A stretch of 64,000 nucleotides of DNA, from the NCBI GenBank assembly GCA_048772705.1, contig JBLWGC010000033.1:186001-250000 (forward strand), written 5' to 3'. Origin of the DNA: Leidyana gryllorum EB-2025a. Its lineage: Eukaryota; Protista; Apicomplexa. The translations under genes were made by a program, and so were the position numbers. Within the stretch, counting starts at the first letter, position 1, and each line of letters begins with the position of its first letter. The notes under the pieces were generated by a model that saw only the letters and a list, made by a program, of their open reading frames with translations, did not search any database and was not told the origin of the DNA. Shown in pieces: positions 46,263 through 57,862 of this stretch.

Positions 46263-48794
46263 ATGAGGCAAGTACCTTCCCTGTCCTTGGCGAGCAATGT
46301 TCGGAGGGTGGTGGTCCCAACGGAGTCCGCGAAAAGGCGGGCAGAGGGGGTGAAAGGACCTCAGGCGGATGAAAAGGTTGTGGTAGAGTTGAGTGACGGT
46401 GGGAGGAACGGCCACGTGCCACCTCGACTCCCAGCAAGTGAAGTTGAGTTCCAAGGTGTGCCGCTGCGTTTGCGAGTTCTTGGCCGTCTTGCTGATGACA
46501 TCCCGCGTCCGAACGGCGAGGGTACACCAGCGGAGGAGGCTGAAGCGAAGCAACGAGGCGAAGAGTTCTGTACCGTGGAAGATGAGCCTGCGGTGCAGGC
46601 GCGTCAGCACGTGGACGGTCCGAGCGTAGCTCGAGTGAACACCTTTTGCAGCCGGTCGCGGGGTATAGTTCATCGTCAGGTGGCACCTAGCAACATTCCA
46701 CGACCTAACCCTCCGCAAGCACCGCAAGTTGGCAATGTTCTACCAGTGCGAACGACTAGTGTGGCTCATCCAGCGGGTGGTGATGCGGGTGCGGCGAAGC
46801 ACAACTTTACTTTCGTGGGTCGTGCACCGAAGGCCGCATCGCAGGGGAGAGGAAGATCGCGACCTCCTGCGGTCCCTATGCCCCCGACGTTGGGCGGGCG
46901 AGGTCGAGGCGCGGCTAACTGCCATCCCCCGATCCGATTGGGCCAAGCAATGCAAGCTGTCATTCCGGCAGAGGTGGTGGTCGAGAGAATGCAGGTTCAG
47001 GCGATAGCCGCAGTGGTAGCGCAAGGTGAGGAGGAGGCTCGGAGTGGGGAGGATGGTAGTGATGTGGTGCCGGTGAAGTCTTACCAGCGCGGTTATTCAC
47101 CGCCTGAGATCTACCAGGGTGCTCCGATGAACGATGGGGAAGACATGGCGGAAGAAGTGGACGAGTCCAAGACATCGGATCCGAAGCCTCGTATGACGTT
47201 GGGAATGTCGAGCAAACATTTGTGGTCAACAGAGGTGTTAGCGCGTATGAGCAAATACGACAGCACTGTGGATGATATGCGTTATGCGGCTTTCAAGATG
47301 TACAACAGACTTCCGAAAAGTCCGAATGGTTTGCCGGTATTGGGTCGACTTCGTCGGCGGCTACTGCGGCTGGCGGGTCATGCGACTTTGGGTCACGCCC
47401 GAGGGCGGCACGAGGTGGTGTTCCAGACGGTGTATCTGTTTGATCTGGTGATCGCTCGATTCAACGCGTGGATCGATGACGAGTTGTACGGAAGAACGAG
47501 CCGGAATGACGCTACGACTACCACTGCAGTGACATCGTCTTACGAGAGTGAGGGTGAAGTTCCGACACAGTCGGCGCGCAGGATGGCCAAACAAGTCAAT
47601 TTCAAGAGGTTCATTCGAGAGGTATCGGGTCCGAATCCGTGTTGCGAGAAGATCACAGCGCATACCATTGGCGGTCCTGCGGATTCCATTGGGTTTTCAT
47701 CGTGTTATGGTCCCATCAATCGAATGGTCTCGAAGATTCGCGTGCCGACTGAGTGCAACGAAGAAGCCTGGATGGCTCAGTATGCGGATTCGATCTCCAA
47801 AGAAGATCTGCGGACTGTAGTTACCACCTGCATGATATTGGCGTCCAAGTGGAACAACTCCCGATTCCTGTCTCCAGCATTGGTACGTTACTTTCCTCGA
47901 ACGGTCTCTTCACATTGATGTTTCCCTTTGTGTGTTCAGCTCTGCAGCGCTCCGGTTGGTCGCGTGCCGCTTGCCTCTGTGCTTCAGATGGAGATTGCGA
48001 TACTGAATGTGTTTGACTTTAACATCCCTTTTGCCACCTCAGTTCTCAACTTTGTACACCTAAACTATGGGTTTACCGAGGATTGTCTTACACCGCTCAC
48101 CGAAGATCTCCCACACAATAGTCCCGACTACTGCTGCTTGAGTGCTCGAATGTTGGCTCTGCATACCACAATGCTTCTTCTGGACATTGCAATCACCGAT
48201 TACCGCTCTCTTCAGTACCCCAATCGTCTCCTCGGGTTAAGTGCGATGATTATTGCCGAGTATTTGGTCAACGAAGTGTCGGTGAATCGAGTGCCGTTGA
48301 CGGGGCTCCTGAAAGTCGAGAAGGACTGGGCCATGACGGTGGGCACTTGTATTGCCTTCTTGCAGGAAGTGGCCGAGTTTGACATGAGGGGTGCAGTGAT
48401 GGCTCTGCCGCGGCTTCGCACTATGGGGCGGTGGACATCGCTCGCTGAACCTCCGAACGTGTTTGGGGTGCCGATCAACATAAAGCCGTCGCTGGTTTCC
48501 AGCCTGAACTCGAGCAATTGTGATTGCGATGGGAAGACAAAGACAGAGAGCATTGCTCTGGCGTATCTGAAAGGATCGTTTGGCAGTGCCTTTGACCTTC
48601 TCGTGGCGGCCACACTCGAGGAGGGCCATAAGCAGCCCCACCGGCCGGGAGCCCTCGCGAATCCCAATCTGACCCCCTCCGGGTTGGTCCACGCGAAAGT
48701 CGCTTGGGAGCGTCTGAAAAGATTCGAGGGGATCTCCGATATTCGGAATCTCGCACCTGTCTGCGCAGAACAACTCATAGAGTCGAGCACTTGA
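46263..48794 (+). CDS. Divergent cyclin-box protein, 2 exons
   Basis: FQTVYLFD, VTTCMILASKW, VLQMEIAILNVFDFNI, and C-box LQYPNRLLGLSAM; intron 47883-47939. Confidence 0.8.
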
Positions 48795-49326
48795 GAAAGG
48801 GGGGTCACTCCGGGTCCCTCTTCTTCTTCACCCTCATCTGATCTTCATCCATCGTCAGCCACGCACCTTCAACCCCGCCCGGGTGGATTACTTTTTTATT
48901 ACTGATAAGCCGTCGTCGTCCTCCTCCTCTCCCTCCTCCGCCTGTGTTGACCAATAAGTGGTCCGGGAGAATGATTATCAGGGGAAGAGTGAGTGTGTGA
49001 TCGATCATTTAGTGCGCGGTTTTTGGCTGGCGGGTCATTTTCTTCTTCTTCTTGCCCTCTCCCCCCTTCCGGTCAACCTATATTTTATATGTGTTGTCGC
49101 TTAGTGAAAGTTTGAGATAGTTACACGTTTGCAAAGTGTTGTGTATCTATTGCTGCAGACGCGTTTCGCCATTCTGCGGCTGGATTGTTGAGTGAGTGCG
49201 ATGAATGAATCACAATCGAAACACCTTATACGCGATCACAGACTGGCACAAGGGTAAACTTCGTTAGGGGTAAGTCTCTCATCACTTTGTCTTCGTTCCA
49301 ATTTGTGTGAGCACGTAAAGGTAGGC

Positions 49327-49803
49327 TCAGAAGAAGGAGTCATAAGCGGTGCGTCTTCTGCTGGCGCGCACACGATGCATGAAGGAGACGATAGAGGGGT
49401 ATGCTCTTTCGGCATCGTAAGGGGGCTGTTGTTTGCTGTCAAGAAGGTCGTCGCGGTGACCGATAATTGGTGGCAGATAAAAGGTGGTGCCATTGACAGT
49501 TACTGTACGCGCTTGATCACTGCAGCAGTTAGGATAATTTGGGCAGCGGCCAAAGGTCCGCAGTAAGTCAGCGCGCTGAGAGGTCTTGGGGGGATTCCGC
49601 ACACCTCGAACGTAGTAAAAGGCGAGACAGTCGCAGACTTGAGTAGGGCTGCTGGTCTGGTGGAACGCCTTACTCGGTGGTGGCGGTGATGCCGGATCCT
49701 CTACCGCTGTGGAGGCTGTACTGCGATCGTCAGCTTGTTGGCACTTTGCAGGCCTCCCTTTGAGAGGGAGGGAGCTTTCGTCCTCAAGCTTAAATTGCAA
49801 CAT
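49327..49803 (-). CDS. Hypothetical protein
   Basis: ATG 49803; 158-aa ORF head-to-head with the coiled-coil gene B. Confidence 0.5.
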   Translation of the reverse strand: MLQFKLEDESSLPLKGRPAKCQQADDRSTASTAVEDPASPPPPSKAFHQTSSPTQVCDCLAFYYVRGVRNPPKTSQRADLLRTFGRCPNYPNCCSDQARTVTVNGTTFYLPPIIGHRDDLLDSKQQPPYDAERAYPSIVSFMHRVRASRRRTAYDSFF

Positions 49804-49888
49804 CTTCGTTGCGCGCGAGAAAGAAAGGAATTCCCAACAACCATCAGCGTTTTCCCGGCAAGCGCCGCCCCTGCATGCACGCGAAAGC

Positions 49889-52800
49889 ATGGATGTGGAC
49901 AACTTTGCATTGCTTCTCCAGGTCGTAGACCTCTTAGATCAACTCAATGACAAGCTCGAAACGCCCGCTGGGAAAGACCCCCAGGCCATGCGCGCCGGAA
50001 CTTCCCTCGAAATCGAACGACAACAAACTGAGGAACGCGCGGGCCTCGCGCCCCGAGTTTCCTCCTCCAGACAGCCCCAAGAGTCGTCCAAACAGCAACT
50101 CACTCGTACCCTCACCATGGCGCGCCTAAATCCAACGGCCCCGCATCACAGAGCCAGCCTCCAGCCAGCCAGCACCTATCACACCCCAGGTAACCACACT
50201 TGAAAACCTCTCCCCAGACTTTCCAAATTCCCAGGGTCAATCCCAGGGTCACGGGAAGAAGGCCCCCGAATCTCCTTCGTCGACCCCACAAGCTCCTCCG
50301 CCGAACTGGATCCCACACAAGGCCGCCGGAAAACCATAGGCTCTGACTTTTCGAGGGAGAATTTCGCCTTCCGCCAACCTCAAAGCCAAGACACTGACCT
50401 CTCAGCCGACTACCGCGGCCGCGCACTCGACACCCAGACCACTGAAGAGCACTTTGACCTTCCCAGGAACACCCCCTTACTCAAAGGGCGCACAAGGTCG
50501 CGATCTCAGTCTGCCTCCGACGACTACTCCCCCTCCGACACCTCCCGGAGTCGGGAAGAGTACTCTTCTCAGTCCCCACGACGACGGCGAAGCCACTCCG
50601 CCCGACGCAGTTCGTCGCCTGGACAGGAGGAGGACGGAGCTCTCGATGCCGATAGGCCGCTTCAAAGAGAAGACGGAGGGTACTCTTCGTCTTCCCCGAG
50701 ATCGAAGAGCGGCAGCAGCAGCAGTAGCGAAGACGGCGGGGGATGGCGGGCTGGGCAGAGCCGGACGCTGTCTGAGGAACTCCGAGAGCAGTTCCGCCAG
50801 ACAACGGCCAGCACTGACTCGATGGTCGACTTGGGGAGCCAAGACGTCCAAGAGAAGTTGGCCCACGACCCAAACACCATCAACTCTGTGTTGGTCAAAA
50901 TAATCGATGTCCTATCCGACCAGTTACCCCAAAAGGCCGACAGTGTCATCAGACGGGCGACTGAGGGGCAACAGCGGGTTAAGACACTCACAGAAAAGTA
51001 CGAGCAAGTCGTGGAAGTCAGCGATCAACAGGTACCGAGCCTCAGATATACGCCCTCATATTTTCACTCATTTACGCAATACAGCATCAGGAGATCGCTA
51101 ATCTCAATCTCGTTATCGCTGACCTCCAAAGTAATGTCCGCGACAGCACTACAGAGGTGGAAAGACTGCGGGAAGTAGTGGGAGAGATACGGGAAGTCAA
51201 AGCGCAGTTGCAAGAGGCTGAAGCTGCCAAAGACGTCGAAGTCGAAAGGGTCCGTAAAGAAACCCGAAAACAGACTATTCGAATGGTGAAAATGGCCCGA
51301 ATCAAATCTGTAGAGGTGAGACATCTTCAAACACACAATTATAAAGTGTGGGCCACAATCGGGCAACTCATACATACATTTCTTCCTGCTCGCCGTAGTC
51401 CGGAGAAGGACAGTCCCAACCAGGGAGTCCCCGTGGCGACGACGACGACGATGCAGTGCCAATGGGCGAAGCTGAGGCCGCCCTGGCCGCCATGAGGGGT
51501 GGCCGGCGTGGAAAGACCGTAGCCATGATGGAACCAGGGAAGCAGGGGAAGGTCAACGTGCAGGCCGGCGGAGAAATTCGCTTGCTGGAAGACAAGGTGG
51601 CCGAGCTGACAGCGCAGAAAGAGCAGCTGGAAGCCGAGCTCGAAGATCTCCGAACGTCCGCCGAGGCCGCTCAGACTGCGCAGCAGGAATTGGTCCATAG
51701 AGCTCTCGAATTAGAAGGAGAGCTCCAGAAGGCCAACGCGGCCTTAGCCGACAAAGAAGCACTCGAATCAGAAATTGAGTCCAAATCCGCAGCCATATCG
51801 CAAATGATTAACGAACTCGGCAATCTCGAGGATCAAATAGCTGAGCTCACCAACGAGCGGGACACGTTGACTTCTCAACTCAAAATAACAGCCGCAGAAC
51901 TCAAAGAATGCCAAAACAAACTCAAAGATGCCCCCGATCTCAGTGGACAGGAAACCGCTGAACTTCAGCAGCAGCAGCACAAACTGATCAATGAACTTCA
52001 GAATCTCAGAGATCTATACGAAGCGTGAGTCACACACACTCAATCAATAATACTTCATCGTCTTTCAGACAACAAACATACCTGGCGCAACTCGAGGAAG
52101 AGCGCAAGTTGTTGAATGAACGGATTAAAGCTGCCGAGAAGGACCTCTCTCAAGCGCAACTCAGTCCAGCAGCAGAGATCGAGGCTCTACGCCAACGATT
52201 GGAGTTCATGCAGAAGGACCACGAAGAGGTTTTGGCACTCTGTGAGAAGGAATCAGAGGAGCTACAAGCCAAAATTACTGCTCTCGAGCGCCTCAAAGGA
52301 GAACTTGACGCAGCCAACCAGAACGCACAACAGACCATACGCATCCTCCAGGCCGAGGTGGCAGCCGCCCGTGCCGATGCCGATGCTGCACAGCAAGAGG
52401 CTATAGGTAGGCCACTAACAGATGCCACCCCACATTATATCACTTCCCGCAGAACGAATGGCTGGAAAGAGCGCTAGCTTAAAGCAACAACTCGAAACAA
52501 TAGCCAAAGAATTAGAGTCACTAAGGAAAGCTCTTGGAAGAGAACAAGCCGACAACGCCTCCTTGCGGAAACGACTGCACGTCCTGGAAGGTAGAGAAGC
52601 CGAGTGGCGCAGGACTACCGAGGCTTTCGAGCTGCAACAAGAAGAGGTCAAATCTTTGCGAAACGAAGTTAGAGACAAGACCAGTAGTCTTATGGAGGTG
52701 CAACGCCGCTTCATTGCCACAGGCGAACAAGTAGTCGAATTAGAACGATTAGTGGACTACTACAAGAACCATCCCAGACTCATACCCCTTCCTTCAGACT

Positions 52801-53162
52801 CCCAGAAATGGCAACATCGGTTGCACGTCGCTAAAGCTACCATTCTACATCTTCAGAAACGGGTGGATACATTGGAAGCGAGACTAAGACAGGTGATGGT
52901 TCCTGCATCCCCTATTTGCGAAAAGCTCGTCACCTGCTGTTCCCCACGGACACGAACACCTACTGCTCGCCCACGTGCCGCAACCTCGGACTTTCACGGC
53001 GGATACATTCCCAGACCAGCCCATACACCCCCGGTCGCGTCTTCAGAGTGGGGGACCCCTCGACCCAAAATACCACGCCCTTCTCACCAATCGCAGCAAA
53101 GCTACCCAATGTATCCCTCCAACACGTACTCAATGGGACACAATGCCACCTGGGCCCGGTAA
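49889..53162 (+). CDS. Long coiled-coil protein B, multi-exon
   Basis: ATG 49889; GT-AG introns (first at 50190-50234) join successive heptad-rich ORFs; stop at 53162. Confidence 0.8.
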
Positions 53163-53222
53163 GCTGCCGGCACCTTCCATCCACACGTGTGTGCGGAATT
53201 TATTTCCATCCTTTTTCGTACG

Positions 53223-55314
53223 ATGGACTGCCCTTGTGATGGAAGTGTACTGCTCAAGAATTGGCGAGAGCCACAACCGGATTCCCCCTACATAACGGGT
53301 CTGAAAGTCAGCAATTCACTGACCGGTACCAAAGTTCCTTTCATACCCAACAAAGGAAACATTGTCAACTGGTACGGCTGTGGCCCGACGGTTTACGATG
53401 CGGCTCACATGGGACATGCCCGCAACTATGTGTCGTTCGACATCATGCGGCGCATCATGGAGGATTACTTTGGCTACAAAGTGAACATGTGCATGAACAT
53501 CACGGACATTGATGATAAGATCATTGCCCGGGCGAACGAGCTGGGCATCCCCTTCGACCAACTCAGTCGCTTCTGGGAGAATGACTTTTTTCTTGAAATG
53601 CGCAAGCTCAATTGCCGACTACCTGATGTCATCACCCGTGTGTCAGAATTCGTTCCCGAAATCATCACATTCATCCAAGGGATTATTGATAATGGATTCG
53701 CATACGAATCGCAAGGATCGGTGTATTTCGATACTTCGGCTTTCCGTGCGAGCCAAAAGCACGTGTACGGCCGCATGGAGCCCTGGTCAGTCAACGATGA
53801 AGCTAGAGTCCTTGAAGGCGAGGGTGCCCTGGGAATGGTAACTGAGAAACGCTGCCCATTGGATTTCGCCTTGTGGAAGAAATCGAAGGCCGGTGAGCCG
53901 TCCTGGCCCTCACCCTGGGGCGAAGGACGTCCTGGCTGGCACATTGAGTGCTCAGCCATGGCTTCCGATGTGTTGGGCTTCCCGCTGGACCTCCACTCCG
54001 GTGGCATCGACCTCCGTTTCCCTCACCATGACAACGAGTTGGCGCAGACTGAGGCTAACTACGATCGCCCACAATGGGTGAACTACTTCCTGCACTCCGG
54101 CCATCTCCACATCAAAGGTTTGAAGATGTCCAAGAGTTTGAAGAACTTCATCACAATCAAAGCTATTCTGGAGAGATACTCTGCAAGAATTGTACGCCTT
54201 CTTTCTCTCATCCATCGGTGGGATCAGCCTATGAACTATGATCCGGATGGAAGCTCCATGAAGGAGGCCGTGGAGATTGATAGAGTGCTCACGCACTTCT
54301 TCGAGAATTTGACGCAGGTCTTGCGCAAAGAGTTGAAGAGCGATGCGGACCTCTCAGGCGGCGCTGAGTCTCTGGATATGAAAAATCTAAGCGGCTTGAA
54401 CGCTTCTCAAAAGTGGACTGACGATGAACGTCAATTGCAAAAGATGTGGGAGAATGCCCAACTGGAAATCCATGAGGCATTGTGTGACAACTTCAACACA
54501 CCGCTTGTCATCTCAAAGCTTCAAGAGATTATTGGCGAAGTCAATCTGTACTTGCGCAAGAAAGAAACTACTGGAGGCATTCGCGGACCCTTACTTTCGA
54601 AGGTCGGCAAGTATTGCTTCGATTTATTGAAGATATTCGGCGTTGTGCGGGAAGATGAGCAGACATTTGCTTACACTGCCGCCGCCGCCGCTAGCGACGA
54701 GAAGTTCGCTTCTTTGATGGATGTCGTCGGCGACTTCCGTCATCAGATGCGTGAACTCTCAAGGCTTCTGCTGAAGTCCCCTGACCAGGCCAAAGACGTG
54801 GCTTCTCAACTCCTCAAGCTCTCGGACACTTTCCGTGACAACACTCTTGTCGACCTGGGCGTCCGTCTGGAAGACAAGGGTGATCGCGGTTTCATCTGGA
54901 AGCAGAGCACAAAGTGAGTCATTTGTCGGAACCACAAGTTGATGCTTGGCTTTTCAGGGAGGAATTGATCAAGGAGCGCGAGCGCCGTCAGGCTGAAGAG
55001 GAAGCCACCCGTTTGGCAAAAGAACAGCGACAGCGTGAACTGGTAAGCCAATGACTTTCTGGAGTGGTATAAAGGATCTCAACTAATAGGCGGAAGCTAA
55101 GGCGAAGAAGGAGGCCGAATCGCGTATTCCTCCTGGCGAGTACTTCAAGTCCCTCCGTGGTTCGGAGTTCAGCTCTTACGATGAGGACGGACTACCCCTT
55201 AAATTGGCTGACGGATCTGATGTATCGAAATCTCAGAGAGATAAGATGCGAAAACAGCTGGAGAAGCATCGCACTGTGTATGAGAAAGCATTGAGCACTA
55301 CATCTTCCCAATGA
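53223..55314 (+). CDS. CARS: Cysteinyl-tRNA synthetase (cytosolic type), 3 exons
   Basis: CGPTVYDAAHMGHAR, DFALWK, PGWHIECSAM, FPHHDNE, KMSKS; two 3' introns. Confidence 0.97.
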
Positions 55315-55451
55315 AACTGAGGTGCAAACACCGACCCACACAATGGCACCTAATTGGTTGAACTATTACATTTTGCTGTCAGTTATCCGTCACAGACGAC
55401 GTCCATTTAGTCTTTAGTGAATGTTAGGGAAAACGACAGGTGTACAGTGGC

Positions 55452-56315
55452 TCATTGGACCTCAACGGGGGCTGCAGGAGTAGTCTCGGTAAGGGCAGGA
55501 GCTGCGGCATCAGCAGGGGTGGGCTCAGGCTGGGCCTTGAGCACATAGCTCTTAGTGGGAGTGCCACCAGACATGGTGCCGGCTTTAGGCTCGATAACGA
55601 GAACGTTATCAGGGATGGGGGTCTTGGGGCCCTGGAGTCCTTCAGGATCATGAGGAAGCATGATCTTGACGCGGACGCCGAGAACACCTTGACGCATCTG
55701 TACGGAACGGATGGCCTGCTGGATGTAGATGGCAGCGGGGTGACCCTTGGCGATCATGTAGCCGTCCTTGAACTTCATGGCCTTGGCTCTCTGAGCACGG
55801 AGCTTGCCGGCCACAACGACCTCGCAACCCTTAGCACCACTCTCCATGACGTTACGGAGGACACCGTAGCAAGCACGACGAACGGGCAAGCCGCGGAGGA
55901 GTTTGTAACGGAGAGATTCGGCCTGAGCCATGGCGCAGAGGCCACGGTTCTCAACGCGCTCGGTGAGGAGCTCAACTTGCTCAGGGCGGAAGCCGAAACG
56001 CTTCTGAACCAGAGAGGTGAGTTCACGGATGCGACGGCCTTGTTCGCCCAAGACCTCACGGGGGCGGGTAGCCTTGATGATGACATGAGTCCTGGTGAGG
56101 TGAGGATGAGTGGTTGTGAGGGAGGTGGGCTTACTTGACGGGGGTCATACGGACTTCAACACCGGCGTATCCATTCTCTCCGAGTGTGGAGGAGAAGAGT
56201 TCAGAGAGCTCAGCTCTGAAGATACCGTCACGGACGAACTTCTTCTTTTTGGAGATCTGCGAATCGATATCGTTGGGTTGTGATGGGGATGAGGGCTTAC
56301 CTGATGCGCAGGCAT
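55452..56315 (-). CDS. RPS3: 40S ribosomal protein S3 (uS3), 3 exons
   Basis: MPAHQ|[47 protein letters not shown]; introns 56257-56300 and 56092-56134. Confidence 0.97.
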
Positions 56316-56605
56316 CCTGTTCTAGGCCAAGTCCCGGTCCGAAACCACACTTTTTTTTTGTTCTTTGGAATTTTTCACTCGTTACTGTCACACTTTCTCA
56401 CATGGTTGGCACTGATTTGTGCACGATGGTTGCATGAATGAGGCTGTATGCATTTTTGTCATTTTCGTTTGGGTTTGCAAGTCTCCGCACACACTGGTGT
56501 TGGGGAGAGACGCACACACTGTGAGATTTGCAGTTTGCGTGGTAGATGGACAGGTTTGTGGTGCAAAAGTCACATGTATGAATTGTAGCAGTGCTATCTA
56601 CTCAT

Positions 56606-57844
56606 CTATTGTCCGTGTTCAGTTTTCTTATCTTGTTCTTTGGCAAAGATATAATCCATTCTGGACTCTTCGTATTCAGCTCTCGGGATGAGGAGCATTC
56701 GGAAGCTTTGTAACGGATCAGCCGGTCTTGCACGAGCCTTGGGCTTCTCGAGGCTCCAGGTATAAGGTTCTTCATCGGTCTTTTTCATTGCAATGTGTTT
56801 GAAGTGTCTTCTATTATACCGCCAGGCGGCTGATGTGAGAGTGTATCGCGGTTTGAAATCCTTGAGAGCATTCTCCATCATGTGTTCCGAGACGCTATAG
56901 CGATTAGTGGCCATGGTATCTTGCCACCAGCCAGCCCAACCCGCTGGATTGACGGGGTTGAACGACCTGGAAGCGGCTCTGCCGGCCGCTGTCCAGATGG
57001 TCTGCAAGTTCCTCTCTTCCTGTTCCAGGGGAATATAGACTTCATCGGATACTTTCTCGAAAATGATATCATTCCCATCGTGTTCAAGGAGCCTCTCTTG
57101 CGAGATGGTCAGAGTTGGCATATTGACAGTTTGGTTCTCAAACATCTTCTTGCCAACTTGATAGAATGCTTTCAGAAGCCGTTTGCCCGCAATCTTCACC
57201 TTGTAGAGTCGATACCACGGCACCCTATTGCCTTTCTCCACCCCGGCGCCCAGACCTTTGAGGAGTTCCTCGTAATACTCTTCGTTATCTGGCACAGAGT
57301 CGTCAGCTTTGGGCTCTTCTGCGGCCACCGCCTGGGGCTCTCCTGCAGCCACAGCGTCTTTCCCAGCCACCTCTGGCGCCACCTCGGCTTTGACTTCTTC
57401 CCCAGTCCCCTCTGCCGCGACGTCGGGTTTGGGCTCGTCGTCTGCGGCTTCTGGGCCGTCGAAGACGCTGTCACCCAGCTGAGCCTTGAGGCGAGCCCGA
57501 GCTTCGGCGTCTGTTTTTAGTCGAGCGGCTATGGCGCGGAGTCTCTCGACGTTGTACTCCTCTTCGGAGGGCTGCAAGGCCCACCAGCTTTCCAGATAGC
57601 CGTCTGGGGTGAGAACATAGTTGGGAAGACGGTGACAGTCGTTGGGGAAGAGTCCTAAAACTGGTCCTTTGAAGTCTGTGAGAACGCCAACACAAAGCTC
57701 CCCATCAGTCGGTTCAACTTGGATACAGCCTCTGGAAATGCTGAGTTCGGGGTCTTTGACGAAGGCTCCGTCTATGACGAGCTTGAGTGCTGCGAGATAG
57801 GGCGGGGACGATTTCTGAGCTTTGGTCCTTGAAACACCAGTCAT
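56606..57844 (-). CDS. Hypothetical protein with a central A/E/P-rich linker
   Basis: 412-aa intronless ATG ORF. Confidence 0.8.
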   Translation of the reverse strand: MTGVSRTKAQKSSPPYLAALKLVIDGAFVKDPELSISRGCIQVEPTDGELCVGVLTDFKGPVLGLFPNDCHRLPNYVLTPDGYLESWWALQPSEEEYNVERLRAIAARLKTDAEARARLKAQLGDSVFDGPEAADDEPKPDVAAEGTGEEVKAEVAPEVAGKDAVAAGEPQAVAAEEPKADDSVPDNEEYYEELLKGLGAGVEKGNRVPWYRLYKVKIAGKRLLKAFYQVGKKMFENQTVNMPTLTISQERLLEHDGNDIIFEKVSDEVYIPLEQEERNLQTIWTAAGRAASRSFNPVNPAGWAGWWQDTMATNRYSVSEHMMENALKDFKPRYTLTSAAWRYNRRHFKHIAMKKTDEEPYTWSLEKPKARARPADPLQSFRMLLIPRAEYEESRMDYIFAKEQDKKTEHGQ

Positions 57845-57862
57845 CTTTTTTTAGGCGCTTTT

